A DNA stretch of 64,000 bases from Azolla caroliniana (lineage: Eukaryota; Plantae; Polypodiophyta), in NCBI GenBank assembly GCA_043228905.1, contig JBHGNT010000011.1, positions 22,010,001 through 22,074,000 of the forward strand. Reading direction: 5' to 3'. The translations under genes and the position numbers were made by a program. Shown one piece after another: positions 54,701 to 64,000 of the stretch. Every line of letters begins with the position of its first letter. The first letter of the stretch is position 1. A model generated the notes under the pieces. That model worked only from the letters and a program-made list of their open reading frames with translations, did no database searches and was not told where the DNA came from.

Positions 54701-55573
54701 CATTGTCACAAGTCATGAAATCCTAAAGGAATATGCATCTTGCACAACATTTACTCCATCATTAGATTGTGTAATGAAACCACCATGTGGCTTTGGTCAT
54801 GATATCCATATACACAATATAAGTAGCATTCAATGACAAGGAACAAAACAAAACACAACACTGAAGCATATGAATATGAAAAATACTTTATTGATTGAAG
54901 CATGCTTACGACGCAAAGCATAATCAACTCACATCATGGTTCAACATATAGCTCGTCATGATCTTCTAGATATTTCCACAACATCGATTTGAAGCTCCTA
55001 TAGTTTATGAATAAGCACTCTCACATGTAGTGTCAATAATTGCTTGCATTATGCTTGTTCTAGCCATATAAAGATCCAGCTACATTAGCGCATGCATATA
55101 GTAAGCATAGGAACATCCCCTTGAGTTGCTATGAATACATCACCATCTTGCCATTTTTACACAAATTGTACGTACTTAATCACACCCGATTGACAAGTAC
55201 ATGATTGCTCGATAGTCACAAAGCTCTTGAAATTATGTGAGCATTTGAGCCTCTAGTTTTCACTCTCACGGCTTTGCATGATTCAAAACTTATCTTTATG
55301 CAAAACACTATATCCATCAAAATGAATTTCTAGCATAATTCAAAAGCTATACCCAATATCATTATGATCATTTTCAAGTTTTACATGAGGGTAATACGAA
55401 AGTAAGAACCTCAACCATGCATTAATCATCAAATTCCACAAAGCCATAACAATTTAGAATAAATTAAACTAGTTACGTCTTCTAATTAAATAATACCCAA
55501 CATTGTTCCATAGGAATTCAAATGAAGGACAAGAATAAGAAGAATTCATATGTGATTCAATTTGCCCTCATAA

Positions 55574-56040
55574 CTGATACCATGTTGAAGAGCAATAATC
55601 AAGTCAAGAAGGATGAGATAGACTAAACACTCACTCCACTACAACATGTTCACCAACCACAAAAGGGTTCACTTAATCCTCTCTAGCCATATACTTGAAA
55701 AGAACAATTTCAAAATATCAAGCTTCAAGTTGTTGAAAGCAATTTCAAAGCCCTTTCCCCGACCCTCATATAATGTGTACAAAAGAATAATAGGTTTATG
55801 CACGCAAGTACGTGGTTATAGCATTGGGTCGAGTACCATTATACCCACATCGAATATCATGCACATTTTTTTCCTCCAAACCTACAAGATTGATTGAATG
55901 AATGATGAATGGTCTTTTTTTATCCTTCAAAAACCATTATTCACACATGGCATTAATCTATTTCAAGCAATCCAATTCCAAGATTTTAGATTGATCCATG
56001 TCACAAAATAAAGTGGGTGTAATCCCTTTCACATTTGAAC
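55574..56040 (-). mobile_element. Possible decayed LTR retrotransposon end (PBS plus 5' LTR)
   Basis: ctgatacca (reverse complement of TGGTATCAG) is immediately followed by TGTTG at 55583. The other boundary and the partner LTR were not identified. Confidence 0.35.
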
Positions 56041-56099
56041 CATAAACTTGACAAACATGCTTATTTACACAAATGTTCATTATTCGCATCATATTTAGA

Positions 56100-57842
56100 T
56101 CAATACTGTCTATAAGTTGCTCACAAAAATCGTGGCATGTTGGTTAACACCTCTTCTCCCTCAACTCATTCATCCATCCCAGATAGGTTTTGTTAGAAAT
56201 CGGAGCATCCTAGACAATCTCTTCTCATTCTGGGAAGCAATAGCCCTTGCCAAGCGTACCAACAACAAGGTAGCAGTGGTGCTACTAGATTTTGAGAAAG
56301 CATATGACAGGGTTTGCTGGAACTTTCTTGAAATTGTGATGGGGAAACTCGGCTTTCAAAAGACATGGATCAAAGGCATTGCATGGTTTGCTGGAACTTT
56401 CTTGAAATTGTGATGGGGAAACTCGGCTTTCAATTGTGATGGATCAAAGGCATTGACAGGGTTTGCTGGAACTTTCTTGAAATTGTGATGGGGAAACTCG
56501 GCTTTCAAGAGACATGGATAAAAGGCATTACAGGGTTTGCTGGAACTTTCTTGAAATTGTGATGGGGAAACTTGGCTTTCAAGAAACTCGGTTTTCAATT
56601 GTGATGGATCAAAGGCATTGACAGGGTTTGCTGGAACTTTCTTGAAATTGTGATGGGGAAACTCGGCTTTCAAGAGACATGGATCAAAGGCATTGCAGGA
56701 CTTTATAGGAATGACAGCAGTTGCGTTTCACTGGCAGGTGAAAGGGGCCCCTTTTTCCGAATATCCCGATCTGTACGATAGGGATGCCCACTAGCTCTAT
56801 CCTTATTTCTATTATATGCCGAAGCACTCTCTTGCTTTCTCAACTCGCGGCATCTCAACCTACGTGGTCTTCTCGTGCCTCATTCTCATCAAAGCATCCT
56901 GGATATAGAATTTGCAGATGACACAGCGATCTACCTGCAAGGGGACTTGGAAAACCTACAAAACCTCGAAAGTGGGTTAGCCGTATTTTGCAAGAGATCC
57001 AATGCCATGATCAATTGGCACAAATCCTATGCAATATTGCTTTCTCATGAAACACATCCTGCGTGGCACCCACATCCCTCTTTCAAATGGATCAATCAAG
57101 GAGTGAGCACCAAATATTTGGGTTTCCAAATTGGTTTCAACATACCGCCAGAGACTATGATTGCACCCGTTATCCATTCCATTCGACAAAAGTTGATACA
57201 TTGGAGTTCGAAAAAACTGACGTTAGCGGGTTGCATCATAGTGGCAAACCAGGTACTACTCGCAACAACATGGTACAGTCTATCATGTTGGACAATCTCC
57301 AAGGATAGTATACATCATATTCAACGACTGGTATGCAACTACATTTGGTCTGGTAAGGAAGATCATGTAACTCACGCCAAGGTGGCATGGCCTATACTCA
57401 CAACACCTAAGTCGAGAGGGGGATTGGGGTTGGTTGATCCCCTCTCACAATCAAAAGCCTTACTTGCCAAATTTGTGGTGCGAGGACTCCAACCAGGAAA
57501 TGACGTTTCGCTTACTTTAGGCCACGAAAAGGGGTTAATTGGGCCCCCCAAACGGGATGGATTCTAAACATGGATCTCAAATCTAGTTTCTCCCACCAAT
57601 TGGAGGATAGATTCAGTGCATCCATGTGGAAGGCATGATGTAACATTAGACGAGGGCTCAAGTGTGATCAACCGAGTTTTGAACTTGCGTGGCTCAATCA
57701 ATGTATCTTATAGAACCCATGTATCAAGGATGAATCTAATCAACTACTTGGATCAAGTAAGGGGTTGCCATGGGGATCCATTGCAGAAGGTTCAAGAAAA
57801 AGTGTAGAATGTTGGAGACGGTTTATGTCACTACCACGAAAA
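56100..57842 (+). mobile_element. 5'-truncated LINE (L1-like) ORF2 reverse transcriptase, left part
   Basis: YKLLTK..LIHPSQIGFV, LDFEKAYDRV, SVR*GCPL, FADDT, KYLG, and WPILTTPKSRGGLGL, with stops and frameshifts. Confidence 0.92.
56306..56697 (+). repeat. Five-copy minisatellite (~74-90 bp) derived from LINE RT coding sequence
   Basis: ggtttgctggaactttcttgaaattgtgatggggaaact(c/t)ggctttcaa...atggat(c/a)aaaggcatt occurs five times. Confidence 0.95.
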
Positions 57843-60800
57843 TGTTAGAAATTGACGCTTTCAGAAGCTTCACCTCTCGGCCACAACCGAGGAAACACGA
57901 GTCAATGCAGCAGTAAATCGAAAACACAGAGAGAGACTCGAATGCACAGGGTTTAGCGTGGAAAACCCTAGACGGGAAAAACCACGGGAGTGCAAGACTC
58001 CAACTATCACTATACGCAGGGAATGTACAATGGCGAGCTGCAAGGCGACGACCTTGAGCTCGCTGTCCTCGCCACAGGCGGCGGTATTACACAGAGGCGT
58101 CGACCTCTTCCTTTCTCTCTCTCTCACTCTCTCTCTCGGCTGTTCTCACTTCGCTCCCTCTAAGTGGAAAACAGAAAAATGAGCAACAACTACAAAACTG
58201 TTTGCCCTAAGTCATATTTATACACAAATATAGCCTCAAGGGCCCTTGGCAAACATATTCACAAATATGTCCCCGCATCCGGATCTCTCTCCGGGTACAT
58301 TTGTCATCCGGCTCCGTAGCCGGGGTCTTCATCATCCGGATCCGGAACCGGGTCTTCGTCATCTGGCTCCATAGCCGGGGTCTTCATCATCCGGATCCGA
58401 AACCGGGTCTTCATCATCCGGCTCTGATACCGGGTACTCCTCATTCGGGTCTTCATTCCCGATTCCCGGACATCTGACCATCCCATCCGGAGGGACCGTA
58501 ATCCCAACAAACTCCCCCTTCACTTCGGCATGGGATGTCTTTCCAGTCCGACCCTCTTCCGGCACGCTTCCAGCTTGTCGGGTGTGAGCACTTTGGTCAG
58601 CATATCTGACCCGTTCTCGTCCGTGTGGATCTTCGTCAGCACGAACTCCTGATCTTCTATCCTTTCCCGGATCCAGTGATATCTTCGCTGGATGTGCTTC
58701 GTCCGGGAGTGATAGGCCGCATTCTTCGCAAGGTGGATGGCACTCTGACTGTCGCAGTAGAGTCGGTACTCCTCCTGCCGGATACCGAGCTCTCTAATGA
58801 AGTCCTTCATCCATATTATTTCCTTGCCGGCTTCAACAGCCGCCATGTACTCCGCCTCCGTGGTTGACAACGCAACCGTCTTCTGCAGCCTCGACTGCCA
58901 CGAAACAGCTCCCCCTGCATACGTCATCACATACCCTGATGTGGACCGGCTGGTATCTGCATCAGCCGACATATCCGAATCGGTAAAGCCGTCGAGTTCA
59001 GGCTTACCGGAGCCGAATCGGAGGCACACGTTTGCCGTGCCCTTCAGGTATCGGAGTATCCACTTGGCCGCGTTCCAGTGCTCTTTGCCGGGATTGCTCA
59101 TGTACCGGCTCACCACTCCGACTGCATATCCTATGTCCGGTCTTGTACACACCATTGCGTACATCAAACTTCCGACGGCAGAGGCATATGGTACTTTCAT
59201 CATGTCCTCCTTCTCAGCCTTTGTCTTGGGGCTTTGCTTGCTGGACAACTTGCAGTTTGCCGGGAGGGTTGACCCGACCGGTCTTGCTTCCGACATGTTG
59301 AACCGGTGAAGCACCTTTGTCACGTACTTCTCATGTGACAGCCACAACTGCTTCTTCTTCCGGTCCCGGATGATGTGCATCCCTAGTATTTGCCTCGCCG
59401 GACCCAGGTCCTTCATTGAGAAGGTTCGGTGAAGCACTTTCTTCAGCATCCGTATCTTGACCTGGTCCCGTCCGACGATCAACATGTTGTCCACGTACAG
59501 GAGGAGTATTAGAAAGTCTCCTCCTTCGAACTTCTTCACAAACACGCAGTGATCGGACTGCGTTTTGTGGTACCCTTCGTCGGTCATGAAAGAGTCGAAC
59601 TTCCGGTACCATTGCCGGGGAGCCTGCTTCAGTCCGTAAAGGCTCTTCTTCAACCGGCATACCAGGTGCTCCTTCCCTTTCTTCTCGAATCCTTCCGGTT
59701 GCTGCATGTAGATCTCTTCTTCGAGGTCACCGTGAAGGAATGCCGTCTTCACGTCCATCTGTTCTACCTCGAGGTCCATGCTTGCCGCTATGCTCAGCAC
59801 CGTCCGGATGGAGGTCATCTTCACTACCGGGGCAAATATCTCGTCGAAGTCGACGCCCTTCTTCTGCTGGAACCCCTTCACCACGATCCTGGCTTTGTAT
59901 CTCGGGGGGTTTCCGGCATCTCCCGGTTTCAGCTTGAACACCCACTTGTTTCGAAGTGCCCGCTTTCCTTTCGGCAACTCCACAAGTTCATATGTGTGGT
60001 TCTCATGCAGGGAATCCATCTCCTCCTGCATGGCACTTAACCACCTGCGGCTATGGGCGTCAAGCTTTGCTTCTTCAAAACTCTCCGGCTCCCCTTCGTC
60101 GGTTAGCAGCACGTGCTCTGGTTCCGGAAATCTCCGGGGGGCCCTTCTTTCTCTTAGAGGATATCTCCGTTCCGGAGCTTCGGTAACCGGCTCCTCCGTT
60201 TCCTCTTCATCTAAATCCATTTCGGGATCGGGGCCGGTTCCGGTATCAGTTTCATCTTCCTCGGCCGGTTCTGTTTCTTCACCGTCTTCGGCCGGATCCT
60301 CGAGTGCTAACCGGTCCCTTGCCGGTTGGGACTGCTCCTCGTAGAGTTGATCCTCACTGGTCGACTTGGAGCTCTTCATCTTCTTCTCCGACTCCCAGTC
60401 GGCGAGTGTCTTGTCCTCCATGAAGATGATATCATGACTCCGGAATATCCTTTTGTCGACCGGGTCCCATACACGGTAGCCGAACTCGTCATCGCCGTAA
60501 CCGAGGAATATGCATGGCCGGGTCTTTGGATCTAGCTTTCCTCTCCGGTCCTTTGCCACATGCACATATGCGAGACACCCGAACACCTTCAGATGCCGGT
60601 AGGATACTTCCCTACCGGTCCACACTCTCTGCGGCGTGTCTCTGTCCAAAGGTACTGAGGGTGATCTGTTTATCACGTATGTCGCCATCGACATTGCCTC
60701 AGCCCAAAACCCCTTGGGTAATTTGGCATGCGCCAGCATACTCCGGACCCTCTCCATTATGGTCCGGTTCATCCTCTCGGCCAGCCTGTTCAGTTCCGGC

Positions 60801-63286
60801 GTCTTCGGCACAGTAAACTCGAGCCGGATTCCCTTCGAGCGACAATACTCCTCGAACTGCCCTCGGTATTCCCCTCCGTTATCCGCTCGTATTGCTTTCA
60901 GCTTCTTGCCGGATTCCCTTTCCACTCTCGCGTGGAGTTCTTTGAAGACGCACAACACTTGGTCCTTTGTCTTCAACGGTGCCGTCCACAGCTTCCGGCT
61001 GTGGTCATCAATGAATGTCACGAAGTACTGAGCTCCGCCATGTGACTTCGTTTCTACTTGACACACGTCAGTGTGCACCAACTCCAATGGTGCGCTACGT
61101 CTCGTCGGTGGCCTTGAGTGGAAGGAGGTTCGGTTCTGCTTACCGGCCAGGCAATCGGTGCACTTCTCCAGGTGCACATGCTTCACTGGAATAAGGTTGT
61201 CTTCTGCAAGCCTCTTCATCCCCTTCTCACTCATGTGGCACAGTCTCTTGTGCCACAGCTCACCGGCAGTGTCGGCTGCCACGTTCAACTCCTCCGGACA
61301 CAACCAGGCATTCATAAGGTACAGTGTGTTGACTTTCCGGGCCTGAGCCACTATCAGGCTCCCCTTGCTGAACTTCATTATGCCGTTCCGGATGCTACCT
61401 GTGTAGCCTTCATCGTCTAGCCTCTCGGCTGAAATCAGGTTCAATCGAACCTCCGGAACGTGTCGGACATCCTTCAGCAACATTTTGCATCCGGTCGAGG
61501 TTGTCAACCACACGTCTCCTATGCCGGCAATCCGGCACGTACCTTCATTTCCCATCCGAAGACAGCCATGCTCACCGGCTGTGTAGGATGAGAAGTATCT
61601 TCTTTCCGGGGTCAGGTGGAACGACGCTCCGGAATCGACCACCCAGGTAGTCTCATCACCGGCAATGTTTAGTTCACCTTCTTCGGTGATGAGCATGATC
61701 TCCTCTTCACTTGCCGCGAGTGCCGTCGTTCCTTTCCGGTCCTGCTCTCGCCGATCCGAACCATTCCGGTCCGTGGCTCCCCGGTAAGCACCGTTCCGTT
61801 CCGAAGACTTCTTCGAATTGGTGTCGTCGGCTCCGTTGTCTTTTCGGTAATGCCGACAATTCTTTCGGAAGTGCCCCGGCTTCCCACAGTGGAAGCATGT
61901 GGGCCTTCCTCTTGATTGCGACCGGGTCCCCGACTTCTCCCGTCTTTGCGGACTCCGGTTCCGTTGTCTTCCCCGATCCGATTCGGTAAGCAGCATCTTC
62001 GGATCGGAGGCCGGTTCTTTATCTCTCCGACGCGCTTCTTCGTTCAAAATGCTTGTCTTTACCGTTTGTAGGGACAAGTTATCTTCGGTGCAGGAGGTGC
62101 TGAGAGTCACCACCAAGTTCTCCCAGCTTGCCGACAATGTACACATCAGGATGATGGCTTGCATTGCATCCTCCAACGGGAACTTGATCGCCGCAAGCTG
62201 GTTCACGAATCCCACGAACGTGCTTACGTGTTCCACCATACTCTCGCCGTCCCAGTACTTGAGGTTCACTATCTTCCTCATCAGGGAGGTCCGGTTCAAC
62301 GCATTCTTCCTCTCGTAGAGGCCCGACAGCTTTTGCCACATCTCATATGCGTTGGTGTCGTTCGCCACATGTTGTAGAACGCTCACGTCGACGTATTGCC
62401 GAATGGTTGCAACGGCTTTCCGGTTCAGAAGCCTCCATTCCGTCTCAAGTACCCCCTTGGGTATTTCCGACCTGTCGATCGGTTCATACAGGTCCCGAAC
62501 AATGAGCAGATCCTCCATCTTTATCTTCCAGTCGGCGTAGTTCTGCGCATTCAGCACCATCATCCCCGACCGCTCGCTGCTGCCGCCTTCCATTTTCTGC
62601 ACTGCAGTTGCTCTGATACCAGATTGTTAGAAATTGACGCTTTCAGAAGCTTCACCTCTCGGCCACAACCGAGGAAACACGAGTCAATGCAGCAGTAAAT
62701 CGAAAACACAGAGAGAGACTCGAATGCACAGGGTTTAGCGTGGAAAACCCTAGACGGGAAAAACCACGGGAGTGCAAGACTCCAACTATCACTATACGCA
62801 GGGAATGTACAATGGCGAGCTGCAAGGCGACGACCTTGAGCTCGCTGTCCTCGCCACAGGCGGCGGTATTACACAGAGGCGTCGACCTCTTCCTTTCTCT
62901 CTCTCTCACTCTCTCTCTCGGCTGTTCTCACTTCGCTCCCTCTAAGTGGAAAACAGAAAAATGAGCAACAACTACAAAACTGTTTGCCCTAAGTCATATT
63001 TATACACATATGACTTTCGGGCTATTTACAAATATAGCCTCAAGGGCCCTTGGCAAACATATTCACAAATATGTCCCCGCATCCGGATCTCTCTCCGGGT
63101 ACATTCGTCATCCGGCTCCGTAGCCGGGGTCTTCATCATCCGGATCCGTAGCCGGGGTCTTCATCATCCGGATCCGAAACCGGGTCTTCATCATCCGGCT
63201 CTGATACCGGGTACTCCTCATTCGGGTCTTCATTCCCGATTCCCGGACATCTGACCATCCCATCCGGAGGGACCGTAATCCCAACA
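57843..63286 (-). mobile_element. Young full-length Ty1/Copia LTR retrotransposon (element 2) inserted into the LINE. LTRs 57843-58509 and 62625-63286.
   Basis: TG...CA LTRs that are nearly identical, perfect TSD GAAAA, tRNA-iMet PBS at 62610-62621 and PPT next to 58510. Confidence 0.98.
58520..62593 (-). CDS. Copia Gag-Pol polyprotein, single uninterrupted ORF (~1357 aa from the ATG at 62593)
   Basis: Gag, CCHC knuckle CFHCGKPGHFRKNC, protease VVDSGAS, integrase zinc finger and core, RT (YVDN) and RNase H (DSQSA, HSRTKHI, SDMLTK). Confidence 0.95.
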   Translation of the reverse strand: MEGGSSERSGMMVLNAQNYADWKIKMEDLLIVRDLYEPIDRSEIPKGVLETEWRLLNRKAVATIRQYVDVSVLQHVANDTNAYEMWQKLSGLYERKNALNRTSLMRKIVNLKYWDGESMVEHVSTFVGFVNQLAAIKFPLEDAMQAIILMCTLSASWENLVVTLSTSCTEDNLSLQTVKTSILNEEARRRDKEPASDPKMLLTESDRGRQRNRSPQRREKSGTRSQSRGRPTCFHCGKPGHFRKNCRHYRKDNGADDTNSKKSSERNGAYRGATDRNGSDRREQDRKGTTALAASEEEIMLITEEGELNIAGDETTWVVDSGASFHLTPERRYFSSYTAGEHGCLRMGNEGTCRIAGIGDVWLTTSTGCKMLLKDVRHVPEVRLNLISAERLDDEGYTGSIRNGIMKFSKGSLIVAQARKVNTLYLMNAWLCPEELNVAADTAGELWHKRLCHMSEKGMKRLAEDNLIPVKHVHLEKCTDCLAGKQNRTSFHSRPPTRRSAPLELVHTDVCQVETKSHGGAQYFVTFIDDHSRKLWTAPLKTKDQVLCVFKELHARVERESGKKLKAIRADNGGEYRGQFEEYCRSKGIRLEFTVPKTPELNRLAERMNRTIMERVRSMLAHAKLPKGFWAEAMSMATYVINRSPSVPLDRDTPQRVWTGREVSYRHLKVFGCLAYVHVAKDRRGKLDPKTRPCIFLGYGDDEFGYRVWDPVDKRIFRSHDIIFMEDKTLADWESEKKMKSSKSTSEDQLYEEQSQPARDRLALEDPAEDGEETEPAEEDETDTGTGPDPEMDLDEEETEEPVTEAPERRYPLRERRAPRRFPEPEHVLLTDEGEPESFEEAKLDAHSRRWLSAMQEEMDSLHENHTYELVELPKGKRALRNKWVFKLKPGDAGNPPRYKARIVVKGFQQKKGVDFDEIFAPVVKMTSIRTVLSIAASMDLEVEQMDVKTAFLHGDLEEEIYMQQPEGFEKKGKEHLVCRLKKSLYGLKQAPRQWYRKFDSFMTDEGYHKTQSDHCVFVKKFEGGDFLILLLYVDNMLIVGRDQVKIRMLKKVLHRTFSMKDLGPARQILGMHIIRDRKKKQLWLSHEKYVTKVLHRFNMSEARPVGSTLPANCKLSSKQSPKTKAEKEDMMKVPYASAVGSLMYAMVCTRPDIGYAVGVVSRYMSNPGKEHWNAAKWILRYLKGTANVCLRFGSGKPELDGFTDSDMSADADTSRSTSGYVMTYAGGAVSWQSRLQKTVALSTTEAEYMAAVEAGKEIIWMKDFIRELGIRQEEYRLYCDSQSAIHLAKNAAYHSRTKHIQRRYHWIRERIEDQEFVLTKIHTDENGSDMLTKVLTPDKLEACRKRVGLERHPMPK

Positions 63287-64000
63287 GAAAAGAGCAAGCC
63301 AACACACTCCATGGCACCAGGGGCGGATGGACAATGAGATAGGAAATCAATAACGCTCTACTGATTAGGGAAGCCACTACTCATAGGAGGACAATGGAGA
63401 AATGGATAGGCTACGAGGAGGAGGGATCTTTGATCTCGAGAGGTAGGGGATCACCAGACAGGATCAAAGGCTCTAAATTGTGAGACATTGAGCCACGAAC
63501 ATAGAATAACGCAATTTGAGTACTCACGTATATTGGTCATAAATGGATTGTAGATCCCGATCTGATCAAAGTACAACCCGATTGGCACATATGTACTCAT
63601 GAAAACACATGGCTATGTAAGGTTAGTTGGGACCCTTTGCAATGGACATGGCGTGATCCTTACGTGGAGCAAGGAAGCAAACCCATCCCTTTCTTCTAAT
63701 TGCCAATTAGATTGGGTCACCACATCCTAGCTGCTCAAACTGCCCGAGAGTCGGCTGTTGCAAAGGTCTGGCACGCATATCAAGTTCCTCACACAATTAT
63801 CACCAAGTTTTGGCAGAAAATCTGGTAACAACAACACATGAGGCGAATTACCACGTTCTAATGGCTATTAATACATAAGTCACTACTGGTGGGAGCATGG
63901 CAACGTGGGAACCTTAGCTCTCCCAATTGTGTAGAGTGTCCAAATGGAGTAGAATCAATACGACACGCTCTGTGGGACTGCCCACCGTTGTCGTGAAGAT
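63287..64000 (+). mobile_element. LINE ORF2, right part (C-terminal region with CCHC zinc finger), continuing beyond the window
   Basis: The sequence resumes after the TSD and includes FWQKIW* and CVECPNGVESIRHALWDC, with stops. Confidence 0.8.

Noticed and set aside
52000-55570. Short ORFs and possible transposase or LTR remnants
   Set aside because: Too degenerate to assign a family or boundaries by eye.
56306-56697. CRISPR-like array
   Set aside because: There are no unique spacers, the units are copies of LINE RT sequence, and the context is eukaryotic.
58300-58565. DPDDEDP-repeat ORFs in the LTRs
   Set aside because: These are translations of the U3 tandem repeats; the 27/28-bp units shift frame and differ between the LTRs.

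Overview
Land-plant nuclear DNA with AT-rich intergenic sequence, GT-AG introns and many (CT)n/(GA)n tracts. A fern or other non-seed plant is plausible but not provable from this window. The left half holds five intact genes: chloroplast FtsH1/5 protease (-, 5 exons), atypical Hsp70-8/Hsp70T-2 (+, intronless), GT31 beta-1,3-galactosyltransferase (-, 11 exons), UDP-glucose 6-dehydrogenase (+) and PP1/TOPP phosphatase (-, 4 exons). These are followed by a hairpin, a 180-bp repeat and a Copia fragment, then a decayed full-length Copia LTR element (29113-34419). Next come a homeodomain-less SAWADEE-domain gene (-), a hAT MITE, and a non-processed acetyl-CoA acetyltransferase pseudogene whose exon 3 was tandemly amplified. 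The window ends in a LINE that carries a minisatellite made from its own RT sequence and is interrupted by a young, single-ORF Copia element (57843-63286). The main observations are: the two Copia elements share related LTRs and closely similar NC/pol but have very different capsid domains, suggesting a capsid swap; the young element has YVDN in place of YVDD; and its U3 repeats contain a second tRNA-iMet PBS-like motif. All protein-family calls come from recognising motifs by eye, not from database searches.
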